Positions 57,519-64,000 of a stretch of 64,000 nt of DNA are shown here, one piece after another. The notes beneath the pieces are model-generated. The model saw only the letters and a list, made by a program, of their open reading frames with translations. It did no database searches and was not told the origin of the DNA. The DNA is from Burkholderiales bacterium (GTDB lineage: Bacteria; Pseudomonadota; Gammaproteobacteria; Burkholderiales; SG8-39): assembly GCA_036555245.1 (NCBI GenBank), contig DATBLP010000008.1, positions 5,403-69,402 of the forward strand, given 5' to 3'. A program made the translations under genes and the position numbers. The number at the start of each line of letters is the position of its first letter. Position 1 is the first letter of the stretch.

Positions 57519-58324
57519 AGCTCGAAGCGCGCAATCTGGGCTACGGCTATCGCGGGCAGCTCGTGGGACGAGGCGCGAATCTGAGCCTGTCTGCGGGTGA
57601 AGTCGTCTGCATTCTCGGTCCGAACGGTGGGGGCAAGACCACCCTGTTTCGTACGCTTCTCGGGCTGATACCGCCGATCGAGGGACAGGTACTGATCGAA
57701 GGCACGGACCTCCATGCGAGCTCGCGCGCCGCAATCGCTCGGCTAGTCGGCTACGTGCCGCAGGCGCACCTCGGCTATTTTCCGTTTACGGTGCAGGACG
57801 TAGTGCTCATGGGGCGCACCGCGCATCTGTCGCCGTTTGCCGTGCCGTCGCGCCGCGACCGCGATCTCGCCGCGGCCGCGATCGAGCGTGTCGGTCTCGC
57901 GCATCTCGCGGATGCTGTCTATACGAGAATTTCCGGCGGTGAGCGGCAGCTCGCGCTCATCGCGCGGGCGCTCGCCCAGGCCACCCCGCTCCTGGTGATG
58001 GACGAGCCTACCGCGAGTCTCGATTTCGGCAACCAGGTCCTGGTGCTCGAAACCGTCGCGAAGCTCGCCGGGGAAGGCATCGGGGTGCTGGTTTCGACGC
58101 ACGATCCGGATCAGGCCTTCCAGTGCGCCGACCGCGTGGCGCTGGTGCACCGCGGAAGCGTTACCGACATCGGACCTCCGGAGGAGGGTCTGGACGCCAC
58201 GCGTCTTCGCGAGCTGTACGGAATCGAAGTGCAGATCTCCACTGTCGAGGTCGAGGGCAGGCCGAGACGGGTCTGCGTTCCAGCAGGTGTCACGAGGCAA
58301 TCCGCTATATTCGGCCGGGAATGA
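57515..58324 (+). CDS. ABC ATP-binding protein (BtuD/FecE-like)
   Basis: ORF 57515..58324. Motifs GPNGGGKTT, ISGGERQLALIARAL and LVMDEPT. Confidence 0.85.
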   Translation: MKLEARNLGYGYRGQLVGRGANLSLSAGEVVCILGPNGGGKTTLFRTLLGLIPPIEGQVLIEGTDLHASSRAAIARLVGYVPQAHLGYFPFTVQDVVLMGRTAHLSPFAVPSRRDRDLAAAAIERVGLAHLADAVYTRISGGERQLALIARALAQATPLLVMDEPTASLDFGNQVLVLETVAKLAGEGIGVLVSTHDPDQAFQCADRVALVHRGSVTDIGPPEEGLDATRLRELYGIEVQISTVEVEGRPRRVCVPAGVTRQSAIFGRE

Positions 58325-58376
58325 CGCCCTGATACAATGACATTTTTATCCGGCGCAATTTGCCGGTCGGCCAAGC

Positions 58377-58871
58377 ATGAAGATATTCGGTTTTGCCGGA
58401 TGGTCGGGAAGCGGGAAGACCACCTTGATCGAGCAGCTCATCCCGCGCTTTACGCAGCGGGGCCTGAAGGTGTCCCTCATCAAGCACGCGCACCACAGCT
58501 TCGACGTCGATCAGCCGGGCAAGGACTCCTACCGCCACCGTCATGCGGGCGCCATGGAGGTGCTCGTGACTTCGTCGCGGCGCTGGGTGCTGATGCATGA
58601 GTTGCACGGTGAGCCGGAGCCCTCGATGGAAGAGCAGATACGGCACCTCTCGCCTTGCGATCTGCTGCTGATCGAGGGTTTCAAGCATGCGCCGATGCCC
58701 AAGCTGGAAGTCTGGCGTGCGGCGACTGGGGAGCCCCTGCTGCACCCGAATGACCCGGAGATCGTCGCGGTTGCGTCGGACCAGCGGATCGAAACGCGGC
58801 TGCCGCTCCTCGATCTGGGCGACGTCGACGGGATCGCCGCCTTCATACTCGGCCATCTGAGGCTCGCATGA
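58377..58871 (+). CDS. mobB: molybdopterin-guanine dinucleotide biosynthesis adapter MobB
   Basis: ORF 58377..58871. Motifs GWSGSGKTTL and LLLIEGFK. Confidence 0.9.
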   Translation: MKIFGFAGWSGSGKTTLIEQLIPRFTQRGLKVSLIKHAHHSFDVDQPGKDSYRHRHAGAMEVLVTSSRRWVLMHELHGEPEPSMEEQIRHLSPCDLLLIEGFKHAPMPKLEVWRAATGEPLLHPNDPEIVAVASDQRIETRLPLLDLGDVDGIAAFILGHLRLA

Positions 58872-60073
58872 ACAAAGGCTTGCTCTCCGTAGACGAAGCA
58901 CTCGAGCGACTGCTCGCGGGGGCGCAGCCGGTTGCGGAAGTCGAGAACGTCCCTACGCTTGAGGCAAATGCTCGCGTGCTCGCTCGGGCGCAGCGCTCGG
59001 CCATGAATGTTCCGCCGATGGACAACAGCGCGATGGACGGTTATGCGGTGCGCGCAGCGGACGTTCCCGGGCCGGACTCGCGGCTCAAAGTGGCGCAGAA
59101 GATCCTGGCTGGCTCGGTCGGCAGGCCGCTTGCGCCTGGAACCGCGGCGCGCATTTTCACCGGCGCGCCGATTCCTCCCGGAGCAGACGCGATCGTCATG
59201 CAGGAGTTCTGCACGCAGGAGGGCGATGAGATCGTTGTGAAGAAGGTTCCTTCCGGCGGCGAATGGATCCGGCTTACCGGCAGCGACATCCGGACGGGCG
59301 GGGAAGTTCTTCCCGCCGGAATCCGGCTTCGCCCGCAGGACACGGGGTTGGCGGCCTCGGTGGGCATTGCATCGCTCCCGGTCTACCGCCGCGTTCGCCT
59401 CGGGCTGTTCTTCACCGGAGACGAGCTGGTGATGCCTGGCGATCCCTTGCCTCCGGGCCGGATCTACAACTCGAACCGGTTTACCTTGAACGGACTCGCG
59501 AGGGCCTTCGACTGCGAGGTGCGCGACTACGGCATCGTCCCCGATTCGCTCGAGGCGACGCGCTCGGTGCTGCGCCGCGCCGCGGCGGAGTGCGACGTAA
59601 TCGTCACCTCGGGAGGCGTCTCGGTCGGCGAGGCGGATTTCGTGAAGCCCGCAGTCGAGGCCGAGGGCGAGCTCCTCATGTGGCGAATCTCCATGAAGCC
59701 CGGGCGCCCCCTGGCATTCGGCCGCGTCGCGCGAGCCGGCTTTATCGGATTGCCGGGGAATCCGGTCTCGAGTTTCGTCACGTTTCTTATCTTCGTTCGC
59801 CCGTTCCTGCTGAAGACGCAGGGCATCGCCCAAGTGGAGCCCCACGCGACCCACGCGCGGGCCGATTTCGACTGGCCCGAGCCCGATGCCCGCCGGGAGT
59901 TTCTGCGCGTAAAATGGAATTCACGCGGAGGTCTGGATCTTTACCCCACTCAGGATTCGGCGGTGCTGATGTCCACCGCCTGGGCGGATGGCCTGGTAGA
60001 CAACCCGCCGAATCGTGCGATCCGCGCCGGCGACGCGGTAAGGTTCATGCCCTATTCGGAGCTGTACCGATGA
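58868..60073 (+). CDS. moeA: molybdopterin molybdotransferase MoeA (copy 2)
   Basis: ORF 58868..60073. Motifs SAMDGYAV, TSGGVSVGEADF, MKPGRPLAFG and GLPGNPVS. Confidence 0.9.
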   Translation: MNKGLLSVDEALERLLAGAQPVAEVENVPTLEANARVLARAQRSAMNVPPMDNSAMDGYAVRAADVPGPDSRLKVAQKILAGSVGRPLAPGTAARIFTGAPIPPGADAIVMQEFCTQEGDEIVVKKVPSGGEWIRLTGSDIRTGGEVLPAGIRLRPQDTGLAASVGIASLPVYRRVRLGLFFTGDELVMPGDPLPPGRIYNSNRFTLNGLARAFDCEVRDYGIVPDSLEATRSVLRRAAAECDVIVTSGGVSVGEADFVKPAVEAEGELLMWRISMKPGRPLAFGRVARAGFIGLPGNPVSSFVTFLIFVRPFLLKTQGIAQVEPHATHARADFDWPEPDARREFLRVKWNSRGGLDLYPTQDSAVLMSTAWADGLVDNPPNRAIRAGDAVRFMPYSELYR

Positions 60074-60321
60074 CGGTCAAAGTGCTCTATTTCGCGAGCC
60101 TGCGCGAGCAAGTCGGGACATCCGGCGAGGATCTTGACGTTTCGCCGACGACGGTTGCCGGCCTGCGGAGCTTGCTCATGGCCCGGGGCGGCGCCTGGCA
60201 GTCGGCGCTCGCGCAGGGAAAGGCCGTGCGCGTCGCGGTGAATCAGGAGATGGCGCAACCCGCGACCCCGGTGAAATCAGGAGACGAGGTTGCTTTCTTT
60301 CCGCCTGTAACCGGGGGTTGA
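60070..60321 (+). CDS. moaD: molybdopterin synthase sulfur carrier subunit
   Basis: Inside ORF 59263..60321. ATG 60070 overlaps the moeA stop (ATGA). Ubiquitin-like protein ending FFPPVTGG. Confidence 0.9.
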   Translation: MTVKVLYFASLREQVGTSGEDLDVSPTTVAGLRSLLMARGGAWQSALAQGKAVRVAVNQEMAQPATPVKSGDEVAFFPPVTGG

Positions 60322-60322
60322 A

Positions 60323-60802
60323 ATGCCGGTTCGCGTGCAGACTCAGGATTTCGATGCCGGTGCAGAGATCGCTTCGCTGCGCCGGGGGAATCCGAAGATA
60401 GGCGCGGTCGCCAGCTTCATCGGCGTTTGCCGGGATGTAAACGACGGCGAGCGCGTCACCACCATGACGCTGGAGCACTATCCGGGCATGACCGAGAAAG
60501 CACTCGAGAAGATCGTCGCCGAGGCCAAGCAACGCTGGGAAGTCATGGACGTTCTGGTCATCCACCGTGTAGGCGAGTTGAGGCCGGCCGAGCAGATCGT
60601 GCTCGTGGTCGTCACCGGTGCCCATCGCGGCGAGGCTTTCGCTGCCTGCGAATTTATCATGGACTACCTGAAAACCCGCGCTCCGTTCTGGAAGAAGGAG
60701 CAGACTCCGGAGAATTCCCACTGGGTCGAGGCGCGCGCTTCTGACGACGCAGCCGCGGGCCGCTGGGAGGGCGAGGAACGCGAGCCGAGGGCTGTTCGCT
60801 AG
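60323..60802 (+). CDS. moaE: molybdopterin synthase catalytic subunit
   Basis: ORF 60323..60802. Motifs EHYPGM, GAHRGEAF and APFWKKE. Confidence 0.9.
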   Translation: MPVRVQTQDFDAGAEIASLRRGNPKIGAVASFIGVCRDVNDGERVTTMTLEHYPGMTEKALEKIVAEAKQRWEVMDVLVIHRVGELRPAEQIVLVVVTGAHRGEAFAACEFIMDYLKTRAPFWKKEQTPENSHWVEARASDDAAAGRWEGEEREPRAVR

Positions 60803-62121
60803 CCGCGACCTGCAAGCCGCAGATTCGCCTGCGTGAGGCGGTCGACCAGAACCCGGATGAAAGCCTTGTTGAAGCCGACCTGGCAGGTATCCGTGGCCGC
60901 GCGCAGTGCGTCGGCCTTGATCTCGATCACGGTGACCTCGGTCGCGGCGGTGATGGTCGTCGTGCGCCGCCCGACCCGATCGCTGAAGTACAGGATCTCG
61001 CCGAAACAGCCTCCGGGTCTGATCGTGTTCAGCTGCTTGCCCAGCAGAGTGACTCTGACCTCGCCTTCGATGAGCAAGAAGAAGCTGTCACCCTGATCGG
61101 CCTCTCGAATGATGACGGTGCCTCCACCCATCTCCTTCCAACTGCCGATCCGCACCACCTCCCAAAGCGCAACGTCGTCGAAGTCCTCGAAGAAGGGCAT
61201 CTCGCGGAGCCCGTTGAATTTCTCGGAATCGGATACCGACTGACCCGCGAGCCGCAGGCTCGTGAAGGCCTGGCTCAGGTCCTTGCCGAATTCGAGCCAG
61301 CTCCGATAGCGCTGCTTCCGATCCTTGTCGATCGCCCTCATCACGATCTGGTCGAGCAGCGGAGGCAGATCCGGGCGCAGCATCGCGGGGCGCACGGGCG
61401 GCGTGTTGAGGATCGCGTGGACCAGGCTCGCCTGTGAGGGTGCTTCATAGGGCAGGCGGCCCGTCAACAGACGGTACATCACCACGCCCAGCGAATAGAT
61501 GTCTGTCTGATGAGTCACGTCCTCCAGGCGAATCTGTTCCGGCGACATGTACGCGGGAGATCCGATTCCGGTGAGCTGGGTCGTCTCATGACCGAGGCGC
61601 TGCTGGAACGAGGCTCCAAAATCGCTGACCTTGGTATCGCCGGTTCTGGAAATGAGGATGTTGCCGGGCTTGATATCGCGGTGAATGACACCGTGCTGAA
61701 AAGCGTACTCGAGGGCCCGGATGCACTTGAAGATGATCTCGATAACCTTGTTGAGCGCCAGCAGATTCGTCACATCGGAGTACGCCTCGAGCGTAGTGCC
61801 AGGGACGTACTCCATTACCAGATAGCTGTGTTCCGGCTCGATCACCGCATCGAGGATCTCGACGATGTGCGGATGGCTGAGTTTCCCGGCGAGCGCCGCC
61901 TCGGCGAGGAACGCCTTGTGCATCATGCGCTCGGTCTGCGCGTCGATGTTCTGCTCGAACAGAAAGACCTTGATGGCGACCTCGCGCTCGGCAAACGGGT
62001 CGCGCGCAAGGTACACGCGGCTGGTAGCTCCCCTGCCGATCTCGCGAATGATCGGGTACTTGCCGAGATGCTCCTCTAGTTGGAACTTCATTGCCTCGTC
62101 AACAAGTCCTTTTCCGGACAA
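60799..62121 (-). CDS. Ser/Thr protein kinase fused to a C-terminal cyclic-nucleotide-binding domain
   Basis: ORF 60799..62121. Kinase motifs GRGATSRVY, AIKV, HRDIKPGN, DFG and SPE. The cNMP domain has FGEILYF...RRTTTITA. Confidence 0.85.
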   Translation of the reverse strand: MSGKGLVDEAMKFQLEEHLGKYPIIREIGRGATSRVYLARDPFAEREVAIKVFLFEQNIDAQTERMMHKAFLAEAALAGKLSHPHIVEILDAVIEPEHSYLVMEYVPGTTLEAYSDVTNLLALNKVIEIIFKCIRALEYAFQHGVIHRDIKPGNILISRTGDTKVSDFGASFQQRLGHETTQLTGIGSPAYMSPEQIRLEDVTHQTDIYSLGVVMYRLLTGRLPYEAPSQASLVHAILNTPPVRPAMLRPDLPPLLDQIVMRAIDKDRKQRYRSWLEFGKDLSQAFTSLRLAGQSVSDSEKFNGLREMPFFEDFDDVALWEVVRIGSWKEMGGGTVIIREADQGDSFFLLIEGEVRVTLLGKQLNTIRPGGCFGEILYFSDRVGRRTTTITAATEVTVIEIKADALRAATDTCQVGFNKAFIRVLVDRLTQANLRLAGRG

Positions 62122-62222
62122 CGCAACAGTCTATCAGCGCCCAGCGTCCGGGCCTGTGCGGCCGACTCCAAGCCGGCGGGCGCAACGCTCCCACGGGCCG
62201 GCGTTGCGGACCGGCGCGCCGG

Positions 62223-62519
62223 TCAGGGTTGTAGGAAGTACCTCTCCCTTTCGGCTTTTCGGAGAAGGCGCTCGACATCGGCCAGGCTTGACGCGCGCGA
62301 CAGATACTCCTCGATCGCGCTGTCCGTTTGGAGCTTCCTTCTGACCCAGGCGAGCAGTCTGCGCAGATTCCGCACGGGCTTTGGCGTCTTGGATTCGCTG
62401 TGACCGTGCGGCAGCGCCTCGGCCGGCTTTTCCTGCGGGTCCGGGCGAGCATCCACAGCGGGGCCTTGGCGAATGATTCCGTCACCTTCGTACATGGGGA
62501 TTCTATTTCTGGCGTACAT
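62223..62519 (-). CDS. small hypothetical protein, DUF3563-like C-terminus
   Basis: ORF 62223..62519. Third-position GC is high in this frame. The C-terminus EEYLSRASSLADVERLLRKAERE resembles the YLA.S.D..DLERR motif of DUF3563 proteins (from memory). The start is uncertain. Confidence 0.45.
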   Translation of the reverse strand: MYARNRIPMYEGDGIIRQGPAVDARPDPQEKPAEALPHGHSESKTPKPVRNLRRLLAWVRRKLQTDSAIEEYLSRASSLADVERLLRKAERERYFLQP

Positions 62520-62711
62520 CGCTTTATTCCTATGAGATGCTGCAATGCAACATCATATGTGACCCAGAGAGAGAATATCAAGTACCTCATTCATTTAATG
62601 GGGATATATGTCACAGCATGAATTGATCTCTTGCTGCTGCCGCGCACAATATTGAGGAAGAAAAGGCTCCAATTCCGGATCGGAGCCGGGATCCCGGCGG
62701 CATGGCGATGT

Positions 62712-62739
62712 CTTGAAAACAGCCCCGCACCCCCCACCT
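62712..62739 (+). promoter_or_regulatory. sigma32-type heat-shock promoter of clpB
   Basis: CTTGAAA (62712-62718), a 13-nt spacer, then CCCCACCT (62732-62739). The consensus is CTTGAAA-N13-14-CCCCATNT. The -10 element ends 26 nt upstream of the clpB ATG. Confidence 0.55.
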
Positions 62740-62765
62740 CGTGAATACAGATCTGCGGCCCACAA

Positions 62766-64000
<1,235 letters not shown>

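Noticed and set aside
62099-62590. 163-aa minus-strand ORF overlapping the DUF3563-like ORF
   Set aside because: It is an alternative frame with a Cys/Arg/Pro-rich product and no motif. The 98-aa frame has high third-position GC and a family-like C-terminus.

Overview
High-GC, gene-dense chromosomal window, betaproteobacterium-like by gene order and protein N-termini (inference; no search run). I call about 70 genes and see no rRNA, CRISPR array, IS element or integrase. The first ~21 kb is mostly housekeeping. It holds surE-pcm-nlpD, a MoxR-DUF58-transglutaminase-mltB-yhhQ operon, an HDAC-like gene, tesA/ybbA/ybbP, a truncated globin, rmuC and a nitroreductase. It also holds a selenium node, with selD divergent from selU, a persulfide-dioxygenase/rhodanese fusion and an unknown 331-aa gene. 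From ~21.3 to 60.8 kb lies one contiguous supercluster for molybdenum/tungsten cofactor, formate dehydrogenase and selenocysteine. In order it contains moaA-x-fdhD-mobA-moeA, then a Cys-type periplasmic FDH operon preceded by DUF3305, DUF3306, a polyferredoxin, a TorD-like chaperone and a 68-aa Tat peptide. Next come a ModE-N-only regulator with a ModE-type operator and modABC. Then comes a Sec-type fdnGHI with an in-frame TGA and a SECIS hairpin, followed by fdhE-selA-selB, a PepSY membrane protein and tRNA-Sec. After tRNA-Sec sits a trio of a transglutaminase-like, a GcvH-like and a DsrE-like gene. The cluster ends with a ModE-HTH/PBP-domain regulator divergent from tupBCA, a second ModA-like binding protein and mop, a FecCD-type ABC importer, and mobB-moeA-moaD-moaE. 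The window closes with a Ser/Thr kinase fused to a cNMP-binding domain, a small DUF3563-like gene, and 5'-partial clpB behind a sigma32-like promoter. The candidates I rank highest for undescribed biology are the selC-adjacent trio, the DUF3305/DUF3306/polyferredoxin accessory module, the selU-PDO/rhodanese-unknown operon, and the BtuCD-type importer embedded among Mo/W genes. All calls rest on reading the translations and the DNA by eye.
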